Part shown: positions 21,918 to 34,300 of the stretch, one piece after another
Position numbering within the stretch: the first letter of the stretch is position 1
Layout: every line of letters begins with the position of its first letter
NCBI GenBank assembly: GCA_023334545.1
Contig: JAADVB010000128.1
Location: 1-51,424, forward strand
Origin: Salisapilia sapeloensis CBS 127946
Lineage: Eukaryota > Protista > Oomycota
Direction of reading: 5' to 3'
DNA length: 51,424 bases
Made by a program: the position numbers and the translations under genes
Notes under the pieces: model-generated
What the model saw: the letters and a program-made list of their open reading frames with translations, nothing else
Told to the model about the DNA's origin: nothing
Database searches by the model: none

Positions 21918-24176
21918 CGTTATAGTTCGAGCGGTTTGTTGTTGGTACCAAAATTGGGGTATGTTTAGTAGAGGTTATTTTGCGTCTTAAGGAGCAAGGA
22001 GGCTGTGGACAGAGGTGGTGCAGGCATGGCAAGTTGCTATGAGCGCTGTTGAAGTAGCTTCCAGCCTATCTTCAGATCAAGTGATCCTTTCCCTTTACGA
22101 AGCAATACTTTTGTTTTCCTTTTATACTGAATAGAGTGCTTTTGCATGTGCAGAGTCGACGAAATGTCTGTCGTGATTTGATACATGAGATTTGTCGGAG
22201 CTGCTCAGCAATTAAGCGGTGTGTCGAAATATTAGCACGGCAACCTCAGCTTGAGTCACATGCTATAATTTTAATGCTTTGATTCATTCTGTAGTCTGGT
22301 GAGCAAATACATAGTCAATAATTATCCATGTCTGCCATATGTGTACCCCATGGCGGAAGTGCTGGAGTCTTTACTTTCGGTTATAACAGAATCGTACTTG
22401 AAAGCTTTACATCAATACAGATATTGGCATATACTCGAGAAAGCATTAAAACGGTTTCTCGCGTCTGACTAAGAGATATTTATTCAGCTTCAACTGTGTA
22501 GCAGTCTGTTTTAAAGAAAACTAAGAGTGACTTTGAGGTTTTGCAGTATAGTTTCAAGACCTGCCACTTGCTACAACTTGTGTATTGCTTTTCGACAGCA
22601 TGTTGCGTCTATCTAAACATCGGCAGTTATCACATCTTGGCAAGCAGAGAAAAGTGTAGCTAAGAAACAATTATTTTGCTGAAAAAAGCATTCAAGAGGC
22701 AAAATTGCGAAGCTTTATTATGATTGTGACTAATGTAAAAGTAACTTCCGTTGCGGGAGAAAGCTAGGTGCTGGCTTTGTAGCAACTGACTCATTTCATC
22801 ATTTACTAAGCTTCTGTGTACATGCAAGCTCCTACGGTAATCCAGATTGTACCCATCCACACATATATTAATTCAAGGGAATCCTCTTCAGTGAAAGATA
22901 TTCGGTAGAGGTCAGCAAACAGTCTTACGATACAGACTGCTTTTGTATGAAGGGGCACATGCGCGCCGTATCCCATTCCATACCGAGATGTATTCCACAG
23001 CAACGGCGATGCAACGGTCAGCATTTAAAACACTAGGTGTAATACATGGGAACAATCGTACTGTGACGGCAAGCAAATTCGCCTAGTCATAAGAAATGTT
23101 GTCGGACGTAAATTTTTATTGTTCCAACCTGTCCTCCGGATTGTGTGCTATTTAGAAAGCGGTAAAATAGATTAAAGGGAAAGCAAACTTGAAAGAAATT
23201 GATGTCGTAAAGCCATGATCATGATGCTATTTTACGCAGTGAGAGCAAATATGGAAGGCATCCATGTCGTAGACGCTTCATAACTTTCTAAAAGCAAAGC
23301 TGTTGAAGCTTTGACAGTCGTGCTAATGTAATGGCCATGCAGCTTGTTCAGAAAGAATGTGGTTGACAATGCCACTCGAAAATTATTAGAGGGTTAGACA
23401 TTATTTCACCCAGATCTAATGCGGTCAACTATTCGAATGAAGTTACCGTATATGTCTCCAGCTCTTGTGATGCTTGCAGAGTTGCTAATATGACCTTTGA
23501 GTTGTATCAGATAATCTCGTGAAAGATCCTTTAGACCACATAGTCGCAATACGCTATGCCAAAATCTGATCGAAGGAAGGCCAAGTTTTGCAGAAAGCGA
23601 GTTCTTATTCGACAGAAAAGTATGCTCGAGGGCATGATATTTATGGTTTCTATTTTGTTCAATGGGCTAATGTCTGAATTGGTGGGGGACGTGTGCATGT
23701 ACGGAGATAGGTCGATTGGTTGCAGTTCAAGCCGGAAGCTCTTTGGTGACGATTCGGAGTGAAAATTACCGTGGATGCCAATTAACATGGGACCGGATGG
23801 ACGGTAGTCGGTTTCCTGCCGTTTGGGTTGTATATCATTTAAACCTTCCCGCCAATTTCTGATACAAATGCAAAGTGCAGTCGGCCAACTGTTCCAATGG
23901 AGGATAGTGTCGATAAGAACCGAAGCTGTAGCAACCAAATTGTAGTCGTTTCTGAAGAGCTATTCGCGCAGGATAGAATTGATGGATTCTGGGTTGCTAC
24001 CAATGCTTATTTGCACCTTTAAGTCTGAACGCAACCGACGTCATCTCCTTCGCTTCCCCGTCCGGCGCCCCTCGGCAGGGATAGGCAAGACGAAACCGAT
24101 TGAAACGGTACTTGAAGAAAGACTTTTCCGTCCAAACAAATAAAAAGTATTTTCCTCAACTCTTCGTCGAGTGAGA

Positions 24177-26672
24177 ATGGACCAACGACCGGAACGGTCT
24201 CGAACGTTTAGTGGAGACACGATGACAGCAATCCCAGAAGACAATAGCTCGACAACACCGGTCGAGCCACCCATGCCACCCGTCATAGCCCATCGACTCC
24301 GGCGCTCGCCGTCGGAACCGATGGAGCCGCTGCATCTGGTCCGTAACGAAAGCCCACGCCTCTCGAGCGCCCAATGGCAGGAGCAGGCCGAGCGTCTAAG
24401 TCTGCGCGTGCAAGAGCTCGAGATGGAGAATTTGGTGCTGAAGAACACCCAAGGTGGTAATGGTCTGGTGTCATCAAACACGTCGTCGCAATCCATGACC
24501 CATGCGAGCCGACCGATCGCAAGGTCCGCGAGCTGTCTCCATGGACTCGGTGGATACACTGGTCGCACAGTACGTGAAGCTGCCGCCGCCTCCCAGCGCT
24601 CTCGAATGAAGCGGTCTGCATCAGCTGCCAAGCGCTTGACGGAACGACCACGGCCTGGACAATCCAGTCGCAGTATGAATGCCAGTCTTAGCTGCAATAA
24701 TCTCTCGGAACTGGATATTGCGCCCTTGAGTTCCGGTCGCGAGTCTGCGAGTCAGTCACAGTCGACGCCAAAGCCCATGCGGAAGCAGTCGCCAATGTCC
24801 TTTAGTTCTACATTTCGCTCAGCATTGGAGACGTCCGACGCACGGCCGAACACTGTTAGTGAAGATGACACCACTTCTCCTAAAGTAACATCTCCTCGGT
24901 CCTACTTTGAAGCCGGCATAAGCACCAGTCAGAGGCGATTCACGACCGAGTCGAGACCTCGTAAACCGCCAGGGCATAAGCGACCGAAGGAATCGGACAT
25001 TCGCATTTGGGTCGGAACATGGAACATGGGTGCTGCCGACCCGTTTACTGACGGCGATGGACTGCTGGATGAACGACGGTCAGCGAGTATGATTCGGAAC
25101 CTCGTACCCAGAGGATACCATATCTACGTCCTTGGTGTACAGGAAGGAGTATCTGAAAGCGTCTACCACTCCGTCGTAGCCTACTTGAACCGGAACAGCG
25201 AAGGCTTGAGGTACTTTCGCATGGAGCTTAAGAACAATGCTTCTATGACAGTGAACAAAAACCACCCGATGGACGCGACTATCGACGCCGTGCATGGTCG
25301 TGGAGACGGTGCGTTTATGGGCACCAAGTTCACTGGGATGGCCGTCTTCTGCAGTGCTACTGTGCGTCCGTATGTCCGTCTCATTCGAGCAGGTGTCCAC
25401 AAGTTCCACTTGGCAAGTGGATCGAAAGGAGGTGTCGCAGTGGCGCTACTTGTCCGCAGCACGACAATGGCATTTGTGAATTGCCACTTGGACGCACGAA
25501 GCGATGGCAATCGTCGAGAACAGATCTGGAATCTAAACGCGAACTTGGGCAAAGTGATGGGCCAGTCGAACTTTGATCTGACGGAGCAGTTCCACCACGT
25601 CGTCTGGATGGGCGATCTAAACTACCGGATCGTCCATGTCGACGCACCGTATGTGCTGCAGATGCTGGAGGAGAAGCGGACGCTAGAGCTGCACGAAAAG
25701 TTCGACGGACTGCTGAACGACCGGAGAGTAGGAGGTGTGTTTGAAGGCTTTACAGAGCCCTCCATGTTCCCTGACTTTTACCCGACGTACAAGAAGATTC
25801 CCGATCGAGGGTACGTGAACGATGAGGAGGACGGATGGGCGACTGACGTCTACCGAGTGCTGTACAAGGAGCCTTTCTATAAGGGAGGCAAGGTGAAGAA
25901 GCGAGTGCCAGGCTGGTGCGACCGTATCCTCGTACACTCTCTACTGGTGAGTGAGTCGACGTTGACGCCAGAACAAGTGCTGGTGGATGCCAGGAGACAG
26001 TTGTGGAGAGACAACTACCGGTCCGTCAATAATGGTGAAGGGATGGACGTCAGCGACCACAGCCCCGTTTATGCCACCTTCACGCTGGCGTTCCGACGGA
26101 AGCACGACTCTAGCGGCACTGCCGAGCAGCTCTCGGCCACTGCACCGATTAAGCGACGCTCCTTTTCCAGTCGGACGCCTAACGAGAGTCTTCCGGATCG
26201 ACAGCCATTCTCTTCCAGCAGCTACTTTGACCATCCGAGAGTGGTACGGCAGATACATGCTCTGCGAACGATTTCGACGGTCCTCCGGGTATTCAACTTG
26301 CGACTGGCATACGGAGCACAGACAGTTGTCCCGAAGAAGACGAGACTTGTTACGCCGTTGATCGGAGAGGATGGAAAGCAAAGTGATGTGATGGCCGAGC
26401 GCTTGAGAGGAGGTAGCGGACAGCTCCACATGGCTGTGAACGCCGTCATGAGTCACTCCAAGTCGCTGGCAAAGTTGCATATGCTCGTGTGGGTCAAGCA
26501 CGACTCGATCAGCGGCCATTGCGTGCTGTCTTTGAAACGGATTTCGAAGCAGACGGACGGAGGGGAGGTCAAGTTTAGAGTTCCTCTATATCAAAATTCA
26601 CTACGGCTGATGCAGGACCAGAGTCCAGTGGTCGTTCTGTTCTCGGTGCGAACGAAGACGTTCGCCAAGTGA
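24177..26672 (+). CDS. Inositol polyphosphate 5-phosphatase (EEP superfamily) with long N-terminal low-complexity region
   Basis: IWVGTWNMG, VLGVQE, FVNCHL, VWMGDLNYR, FYPTYK, PGWCDRIL and SDHSPV. The ORF-track start at 24171 is GTG, so the first ATG is 24177. Confidence 0.92.
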   Translation: MDQRPERSRTFSGDTMTAIPEDNSSTTPVEPPMPPVIAHRLRRSPSEPMEPLHLVRNESPRLSSAQWQEQAERLSLRVQELEMENLVLKNTQGGNGLVSSNTSSQSMTHASRPIARSASCLHGLGGYTGRTVREAAAASQRSRMKRSASAAKRLTERPRPGQSSRSMNASLSCNNLSELDIAPLSSGRESASQSQSTPKPMRKQSPMSFSSTFRSALETSDARPNTVSEDDTTSPKVTSPRSYFEAGISTSQRRFTTESRPRKPPGHKRPKESDIRIWVGTWNMGAADPFTDGDGLLDERRSASMIRNLVPRGYHIYVLGVQEGVSESVYHSVVAYLNRNSEGLRYFRMELKNNASMTVNKNHPMDATIDAVHGRGDGAFMGTKFTGMAVFCSATVRPYVRLIRAGVHKFHLASGSKGGVAVALLVRSTTMAFVNCHLDARSDGNRREQIWNLNANLGKVMGQSNFDLTEQFHHVVWMGDLNYRIVHVDAPYVLQMLEEKRTLELHEKFDGLLNDRRVGGVFEGFTEPSMFPDFYPTYKKIPDRGYVNDEEDGWATDVYRVLYKEPFYKGGKVKKRVPGWCDRILVHSLLVSESTLTPEQVLVDARRQLWRDNYRSVNNGEGMDVSDHSPVYATFTLAFRRKHDSSGTAEQLSATAPIKRRSFSSRTPNESLPDRQPFSSSSYFDHPRVVRQIHALRTISTVLRVFNLRLAYGAQTVVPKKTRLVTPLIGEDGKQSDVMAERLRGGSGQLHMAVNAVMSHSKSLAKLHMLVWVKHDSISGHCVLSLKRISKQTDGGEVKFRVPLYQNSLRLMQDQSPVVVLFSVRTKTFAK

Positions 26673-26781
26673 TTCGGGAAACTCCTGCTAGTAGTATATG
26701 CCTTCATCTTATTCAAATAAGATACTTTTTTCATTATTCGTTTTGTCTTGAGAAGTCACATTCGGCGCCTTGTGGGAGACC

Positions 26782-27659
26782 ATGGTCGTCGAGATGGAGT
26801 CCAAGTTTGAAAGACTCGAGGGAGGGTTTGCGCTATCGAAAGATTCATTTGTCAAGGAGAAACTGATGCAGTGGTACGTGGTAGTTGCTACGACTCGAAG
26901 CGTGTAGCTCATGCGTGTGTAGGAATCTAGCGGATGCCTTAAAGGTGGAGAGGTTTCGAGTGAAGAGGAAGATTACGAGTGAGAATGAAGAGGAGATTGT
27001 AAAAGACTTTTTCAGGGATGAAAACGCAAAGGATGTGCTCAAGGTGCGTTTGTAGATAAGTTTTCAAGTCATAAGTGTATCCGAGTAATAGTGTGTGTGT
27101 GTGTGCTTTGTAGCTTGGAGGATCGAATGGAAACGAGGTGCAACGATTAAAGGATGTCGTCTGCTGTAAGCTGCAGACCCAAGTGACAAGCATGAGTTTC
27201 TTTGACAAGCTTGCTGATGCTGGAATCGTGAGCCACAGTACAGGAGTACTTCAAAGATGTTTAGACGAAACTTATGATGGAAGCACAGTGAGCGATCTTT
27301 TGAAGGAATATTTTGTCAATCCTGAATCCGAGACACAGGAGCTATTTGATGAGGATGAGCAGAAAGAGTTCATTTTCCACCTACTTCGGGCATTGGTAGT
27401 CGGTGGTCCGTTGTGTCAAAGCGATGAAAGCTTCGAGCCGTACAATGAAGTTACTCGGTTACTGTATAAAGATCTCTTGACTGTACGCAAGAACGCGACA
27501 GACAAGCAGAAGATTGACATTACATCAAGTGTCTATAAAGTAGACGGATCGACTGTATTCCAAAGTCCAACTTCGCGTTTCCACACTTGCTTCGTGATTC
27601 TAGACGCTCGAAAGCGCTGGATCACGGTCTGGCATCACCAGTTTAAACCGTTCTGGTAG
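26782..27659 (+). CDS. CFAP300: Cilia- and flagella-associated protein 300 (C11orf70 family), 3 exons
   Basis: Exon 1 MVVEMESKFE...KEKLMQW|. Exon 2 NLADALKVERF...DFFRD. Exon 3 TSMSFFDKL...SDLLKE...EQKEFIFHLLRALVVGGPLCQ...TRLLYKDLLTVRKN...CFVILDARKRWITVW. Confidence 0.85.
27091..27105 (+). repeat. (GT)7 microsatellite in the second intron of the CFAP300 gene
   Basis: gtgtgtgtgtgtgtg, read directly just upstream of the ctttgtag acceptor. Confidence 0.8.
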
Positions 27660-27813
27660 ATAGATGCGCTTGATAAGCTCCATAAGCAGTCGAGCTAATA
27701 AAAAGAATATACTTCCTTCAAATTCTTATCTTTTACTACGAAGCGCGTGATTGGCTTTAATTCCTTGGACACTAAGGAAGACATGAAAGTGTCAAATTGG
27801 TATTGGAGTCATC

Positions 27814-29097
27814 ATGGAGCGTGTTCCGCTTCGTCTAGGCCGCATTCGGACAAATGTAGAGACCTCGGCACCCTCAAAACCTTCTGTCCGTATATATGAT
27901 TTGGATGGAGATAGTGAAACGAGCACAGGTGAGCTTTTAGAACCAGTTTCCAAGGTTCGAGTGTGTCGCATTTGCACCGTGAACAGCTCCCGGTACACTT
28001 GTCCTCGCTGCAATGCACCTTACTGCAGCGTTGACTGCTACAAAGAGCATGGAATGTCTTGTACAGAAGCATTTTATGAATCTCACGTTCGGAGCGAGAT
28101 GACTTTGCAGCAAAAGGACACACAGGACAGTTCTAAGGACATGACCGAAGTCCTTAATCGCGTCAAAGAGTTCCAGCAACAGCAGCTCGATCAGTCCAAT
28201 GAAAGTACTCTAGATGACACAGTGTTAGAAGAACGACTGCAGCAACTGGCGTTGATGGATGAGCATGAACTATCGTTGGATGTGCTCACACCGGAAGAGC
28301 GAAAACAGTTTTTGGCGGAAGTAGCAGATGGGAGACTAAGCACCCTTGTCACTCTGTGGCAGCCGTGGTGGCTCATGAGTCCAAACGAGTACGAGAAAGA
28401 GACTCGTGTGCAGCGAGACGGTCTCATATGCGAAACGATTGGCAATCAAGTATATGAAGAGGAAGAGGAGTCGGTGAAGATAGAGTCCAAGCCATTTCCA
28501 TCTGCTCTATTCTCTAAAAATGACCAGAAAGCGATGCCCAGCAGCTTGGATCAGATTGTAAAGACTGCTGTATCTCCTTGCGTTCGCTTCCATCTTGTCG
28601 ACATTATAGCGTCGTACACTCTACTCATGCGCCTGTTCAATGGTGACTGGACGCAGGACGTCGAGGACGCTGGAGCTCGACTACTGGAGCTGTCGTCAGT
28701 ACTCGGTGAAGATGCTCGGTTCGAGACGTTGGAAGAACTGGTCGGGTGTTTCTTGGAGAAGACATTTAAAGACGGAGGAACAACGTCCACTTCAGAGATG
28801 AAGATTGGAACTAAAAAGGCACTAGAGGACGCCACGTCAGTCCTTAGCAGCCGTCTTTTCGCATTGGACGCAACTGCAGATCTGCAGTCGCTCTTAAAGC
28901 AATACGAATCGCTCCTGTCGACTGCATCCGCAGCGAGTAAGCAAGAGAAACGCGAGATGAAGGCAGCCACGAAGCGTGTTCGCAACACTAGACGCAAAGT
29001 CGGTTTCTACCAGATGTGGACGTTCCATGCGTCCGAGGGGAATCTCCAGTCGCTCCAACTAGAGCTCTCCCAACTCGTTTCGCAGAGCACGACGTAA
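27814..29097 (+). CDS. ZNHIT2: Zinc finger HIT domain protein 2-like
   Basis: HIT finger CRICTVNSSRYTCPRCNAPYCSVDCYKEH..CTEAFY, followed by 'LTPEERKQF...DGRLS.LV.LWQPWW', which is typical of ZNHIT2. Confidence 0.85.
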   Translation: MERVPLRLGRIRTNVETSAPSKPSVRIYDLDGDSETSTGELLEPVSKVRVCRICTVNSSRYTCPRCNAPYCSVDCYKEHGMSCTEAFYESHVRSEMTLQQKDTQDSSKDMTEVLNRVKEFQQQQLDQSNESTLDDTVLEERLQQLALMDEHELSLDVLTPEERKQFLAEVADGRLSTLVTLWQPWWLMSPNEYEKETRVQRDGLICETIGNQVYEEEEESVKIESKPFPSALFSKNDQKAMPSSLDQIVKTAVSPCVRFHLVDIIASYTLLMRLFNGDWTQDVEDAGARLLELSSVLGEDARFETLEELVGCFLEKTFKDGGTTSTSEMKIGTKKALEDATSVLSSRLFALDATADLQSLLKQYESLLSTASAASKQEKREMKAATKRVRNTRRKVGFYQMWTFHASEGNLQSLQLELSQLVSQSTT

Positions 29098-29245
29098 GAC
29101 TGCTAGTTACATATGGTTGGAATTTTTTATTGTTTTTGATCTTTTGGTACTCCACTTGTCTCCCTGTCGTTCGAATGAAAAAAAATCTACGGAAAAAGTA
29201 TGAAAAACGAGGGACCTGCTTCCTCGGACTAGATGTGTCGCATGC

Positions 29246-31036
29246 TCATGTGCTCGCCGGTGGTCCGCTGCCTTTGAGTGCGTTCAAAGCAGTCATCCAC
29301 TTGTTAAACTCTCGACCGGACGGCGCGGTAAGTATCAGCTTCTTCCCGGCTTGACTGAACTCTGGCGTCGTGATGGCGAACGTCATGCTCTTGGCGTCCG
29401 TCACTTCCACGTTCATCTCGTTCAAAGTGATGGACGAACTCTTGGCACCTACTTGATGCACCAAGCTCTCCTTCTTATACCCCGTCAGCTTCCGGCCTCG
29501 CAGCACGAAGAAGCGCTTCTTAGCACCGAGGAACCTCCTGCTGCTGGCTACTTTTAACGTCCCTTGGGTGCACGTGAACGGGAGGATGGCGCGCACCCAG
29601 ATCGGCGGACCGATAAAGTTGTCCACCAATACGTACTCGTTCTTGGCCGTACTAATGTTGAGCTCCTGATGCTTACTGCGACTGCTCACAGTCACGATCC
29701 GACCACACATGATCTCGTCTTCTAGCAGATTCGTGTCCTTATTCACAAAGAGCAGTCGCTCGTGGTCCGTCAAGAGGAGATGGTATCGCTTCTTCTTCCG
29801 CTTGTACGACACGGGGCCTGCTAGAAGAATGCTCTCTCGTGTCTTTAGGAGACTGTCCCAGATGCGCATGGACGGAGAACGGACGATGGCGACGATGGCA
29901 TTCCGGTTCTTGCGCTTCACGGCACTGCAGGCGTCCGGCCGCATGGACAGCACCATGTCCTTGAGAATGTCCACTTCGTTCGGCGCTAAGACATTGTCCT
30001 GCGCGAGGCTTTCGCAGAACTCGAGCATTTCCTCTACGAGCATCGTCTCGCCTTCCAACGTGACGCTCGTGAGACTGCTACCGGAGCCCCGGCGACCGGA
30101 TTGAGAGCTGCCGTGAGGAGACTGTGCCACAGTGGACGCGAAGGAAAAGCGAGAGGTCATGGCGCTAGTGGATCGCCCGGACGGCGTGTTGACCGCCGAC
30201 TCTCGCCGACTGAAGACGACCACGAGAGGACGCTCGGCACGACTGAGGAGCGAGACGGCGCGATGGTACTCTGGTCCGTTGAGCACTTCTCCATCGACGG
30301 CGTGGATAATATCGTTCACACGGACGCCGTGGGCCTCTGCATAGCCGATAATGTTCGGGTGGGCCATCGGCAGCTCTTTCACAATGACATTAAAGTCGTC
30401 GGTGGTGATCGTCATGTTCAGACTGGAGCCTCGGAACTCGACGGCGTAGAGGCCGTTGCGAGACATGGGTCGGAAGAACTGGATCGACAGCGGACGCACC
30501 TGCGTCTGGAGCATCTGGACGACGGTGTCGTAGGACCTTCCGACGGTCCGCGCTCCCTGCACCTTGTAGATGACGTCTTCTGTGCATATCTGATTCGAGG
30601 CTTCAGCTGCACCAAGCCCACCGCTCGGGTGACGCTTGAGCTGATTGACGATGACGCTATTGTTGTGCTCTCGAATGGTCATGCCGAGCTGTCTGTCCTG
30701 GAAGACGACCTCGAAGACCTCGGACGTCTTGAGTGGCGCGTAGGCCTCCGTCTTCGGAGAAAGCGTGAGGCATAACGAGTTGGTGACGTTGTTGAGCGCG
30801 TCCTTGGTGATGGGAACGAGCTGGGAGATGGACGGATCGATGAGGTCAACCCATGCTTCGTCGGTGACTCCAAACTGCTGCCGAAGCTGCGCCTCGATGA
30901 GAGACTCAAAGACCTGATCCGGGACCTTTGCGTCCCACTCAATCGTCCTCGTAGATCCGTCGTCGAGGTCGATGACGCGTAAGCTCGACGTCCCTAGCTG
31001 CTCCATGGACTCCATCGTGCCAGCCAAGCGGCTCAT
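29246..31036 (-). CDS. Protein with two PDZ-like and two PH domains (first PH is PDK1-type)
   Basis: FEVVFQDRQLGMTI...EDVIYKVQG and YAVEFRGSSLNMTI...NDIIHAVDG (PDZ). LLAGPVSYKRKKKRYHLLLTD...PIWVRAI and QGTLKV...KKRFFVLRG...EFNKWMTAL (PH). Confidence 0.78.
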   Translation of the reverse strand: MSRLAGTMESMEQLGTSSLRVIDLDDGSTRTIEWDAKVPDQVFESLIEAQLRQQFGVTDEAWVDLIDPSISQLVPITKDALNNVTNSLCLTLSPKTEAYAPLKTSEVFEVVFQDRQLGMTIREHNNSVIVNQLKRHPSGGLGAAEASNQICTEDVIYKVQGARTVGRSYDTVVQMLQTQVRPLSIQFFRPMSRNGLYAVEFRGSSLNMTITTDDFNVIVKELPMAHPNIIGYAEAHGVRVNDIIHAVDGEVLNGPEYHRAVSLLSRAERPLVVVFSRRESAVNTPSGRSTSAMTSRFSFASTVAQSPHGSSQSGRRGSGSSLTSVTLEGETMLVEEMLEFCESLAQDNVLAPNEVDILKDMVLSMRPDACSAVKRKNRNAIVAIVRSPSMRIWDSLLKTRESILLAGPVSYKRKKKRYHLLLTDHERLLFVNKDTNLLEDEIMCGRIVTVSSRSKHQELNISTAKNEYVLVDNFIGPPIWVRAILPFTCTQGTLKVASSRRFLGAKKRFFVLRGRKLTGYKKESLVHQVGAKSSSITLNEMNVEVTDAKSMTFAITTPEFSQAGKKLILTAPSGREFNKWMTALNALKGSGPPAST

Positions 31037-31350
31037 CCTGATCTTTTATTCGCGTTTGTTCGACTCGTTTGTTATTCGACTCGCGATGGTATGAAAAAGC
31101 CAGATTTTTTATCGTAATCGTGTACGACGTATGCGAGGCAATGAGGTGGTCGATACGACCAGGCACGGCGTAGATCGAGACGTGTACGAAAGGATAAGAA
31201 ATGCCTTTGCGACGGCAGCTGCACCGAGGATCACACCAAGTCTTGGATGTCGTGCGGTCTGAATCGAGGGAGCTGCACAGAGAGAACAGGGGGTACACAT
31301 AGTCCGAATGGATATTTCCAACGCAACCAACAATCCGAACGACCGTCGAC

Positions 31351-34300
31351 ATGGCCGGTCGACGCCACGAGGACGTCCTGGAGGCATGCACGCGCAAGCT
31401 CAAGCACGATATCGTCGACATACGAGCGAGGGCGCTCAAGAGCATGGCTCTTAAGATACGAGGCGGACTATGGCCTCGGGTGTCCGAGCAGACAGACCGA
31501 CAGGTTGTGCGTGAGCTTGCCAAGCAATTGCTTCGGTGCTTGGAAGAACCTGCGTTGGAGGAGCAGGTGCTGCAAGTGCTCCGGCTGATCCTGCAGGATG
31601 ATCGTAATGTCGTATTGAACGCACTGCGAGAAGAACGGGCAGCTGAGCGACTTGTACGAGCTTCGGATGGAACAACTGGCGACAAGAAAGACATTTATGA
31701 GCAGGTGATTTCATTGCGTACTTTTGGACTAGTCGGTCATGTAATTTAGAATTCGTGTGCAGCTCTTGGACAAGATTTACGCCACCAAGGAGACGAGAGC
31801 TGACGCATCATCAGTAGTAATAGAGAACAAGCCTACAAAGGCAGCGAATCGACCGGTTGGCTGCGTCGGTGCAAAGACATCTACTCTGCAGACGCATTCG
31901 TACAAATCAGAGCGACATAACTTTACAGAAGCACAGCGTAATGCAGCAAAAGAGAATTCTAGTAGAGCAAAGAATGACTCTGACCTGCATGAATTGATCA
32001 AGACTGGATGGAGATTTCCACCAGTCATACTATCCACCACGGACGACCAGCGGATCTTTGAGTACCAAGTCAAGTTACGTCTGCGAAGCACGACGACTGA
32101 CATTGTAGAAATGTGCGACTCCTTTCGCCACACTCTCTTGCGTGATTTCCCTTCGGAAGTGTTTTTACAGCGTCCAGAAGTCCTTGAGCACTTTATACAG
32201 CTAACACAGTTGCCTCTCCTGTCAAAAGAGAATGAAGAGCGTCAAACTCAAGCGTCTGCAATGGAGGAAGCCTTCCGACTGTCCTTTGGCGTAAACTACT
32301 TTGACAGCGTCCACTCCACATCTTTCTCGTGTAAGACCAGTAACTTGACCTGTGCAGTATTTCTCGCTAGTCTCCGAGCCATTGAAGGCTTTGTCGTCGC
32401 GATTAAAAAGGCTAGAGACGTGCACACTGACCCTGTGTTCCAAGTGCATGCGACTGCCGGTCAAATAGATGAAGAAGGGAATGTAAGTGGCGAAGCGAAC
32501 TATCCACGAAGTGATGCTGTTGTGGTGACAAAAGTAAAACAGGAGACCATGCCATGGTCCTTGGCAGGGGCAGCACACAAGATCATACTGTCTCTCCTCC
32601 CTCTACTACGTTCCAGCATCCACCCTAGGATGCATATATTAAACGTGTTGCACGAGACAATAACTCTGGTGCGTGAAAACGGTCCGGAGGATGCGATGGT
32701 AGAAGTTGAACGAAAGAGAGTTAAAAACTTGCTGGATATGATAGCCAAAGTGGTGGGGTCTAAGACCCCAGAAGAGCTCAAGACTAGCTTTTCATTCAGT
32801 GTCTTTTGGCGTGTGTTGGAGCTGACGGTCAAGCTCTTGACAATGTACCCAGCAGATTTTTACACCTCGGATGGACAGTCATTCATCCCAGGTAACGTGC
32901 AGGAACTTGTACGGAAGAGTGCGGCAACGTCGGCCTTTGAAAGTATCTTTAGAGTACAATCCGACGACTTGTCTGCGTTTGAAAGATTGGCAAAGGTCGA
33001 TGCTGGTCTGGAAGAGTACGTAGACAACGTAGGACGTTCTAAAGCAGAGTGGACGGAGATAGAGGACTTGGTGATAATTATGAGACAGAAGAAGGAATGG
33101 AAGAGTGTATCGAATGAAGAGTTGGAGACAGCGGCAAAGCTAACACAGGCACTCACTCTATATGGCGAAGCAGATGCAATCTCAATCGCAGAAAGTCTAG
33201 CTCAGATGTCTTTTGTGGGTGACGCTAGCGAGATCATTCAGTCTATTATACAAAATATGATAGTCTACGTCATGTCAACAGCAGAGCTGGAAGCGTGTAT
33301 TGGTGCAGCTTACTTTAACCGTCTCCACACTCTCTTGACTGCTGGAAAACCTTCTTGCGGACCAGGTATAAAGAGTGCAGTATATGACGCTCGTACGTTC
33401 TCCAGTGTGTTTACTGTCCTGGCCGAGCGAATGGATGAAGACAAGGCAGAGACTCTTTGGGGTCTCGTTCAAGTGGTCATCGATTTTGCTCGACAGGACG
33501 GTCAGTTAGATAGTTTTAAACCTCTCCTGCCTTTTATTCAGCACTATGCCTACATGGACCCGTCCACAGTTACTAGCAGTAGGCATCGTGCGCTTCAAAG
33601 AACGCTGGTGGAGATTGCGAATGAGCTGGAAAGGTCTTGCTCGAGCTCGGAACGGATCGTACTGATCAGTCGCTGTCTGTTGCATGCATCTGCCTACGTC
33701 CGTCGAGCAGCGTCTTCGGGTGTCTTGCATCTCCTCTCCGACCATGCTGATGAGTCATTTAGTCCGGAACGAGAGACATTGCTAGATCCTTTCTCCGACG
33801 CAGATATCATTGCAAAGACACTGCTGCAACGGACACTTGGGGGACGGAGTGAAGTGGACAGCTCGAGACTCATGAATCAGATATCCAACCTACTCCAGCT
33901 ACTCGAGACGAGAGACTTGTCCGTACGCAGAAGAGCGTGGAGAGAACTGGCCATGCTGGTCGAAGTCGTAAGTTGCTCGTCTCTTGGCCTGCTGGTAGAG
34001 ATGGGGAAGGTCACAGCTATGCTGGATGTCATCCAGACAGCACTGCGAGATGACGATGAAGTCAAGATGTGGGCGTTGCAAGTGGTGCGGAACTTTATCC
34101 AGATGGACCGAGACTTTCGACGAATGCTTGTGCAAAAGGAAGAGTTCTGGATACTTGTCCTCTTCAGTGTCTACTCTTGTTCGTGGGAGATTAAGAGTGA
34201 AGCGTATTGGATCCTCTTCCTACTGACGTGTGATGCAGATATGTTTGTACTGACGAGAGAAACGAGACTGAAGGAAGAGGTCTCGATCCCTCTCTTTCTA

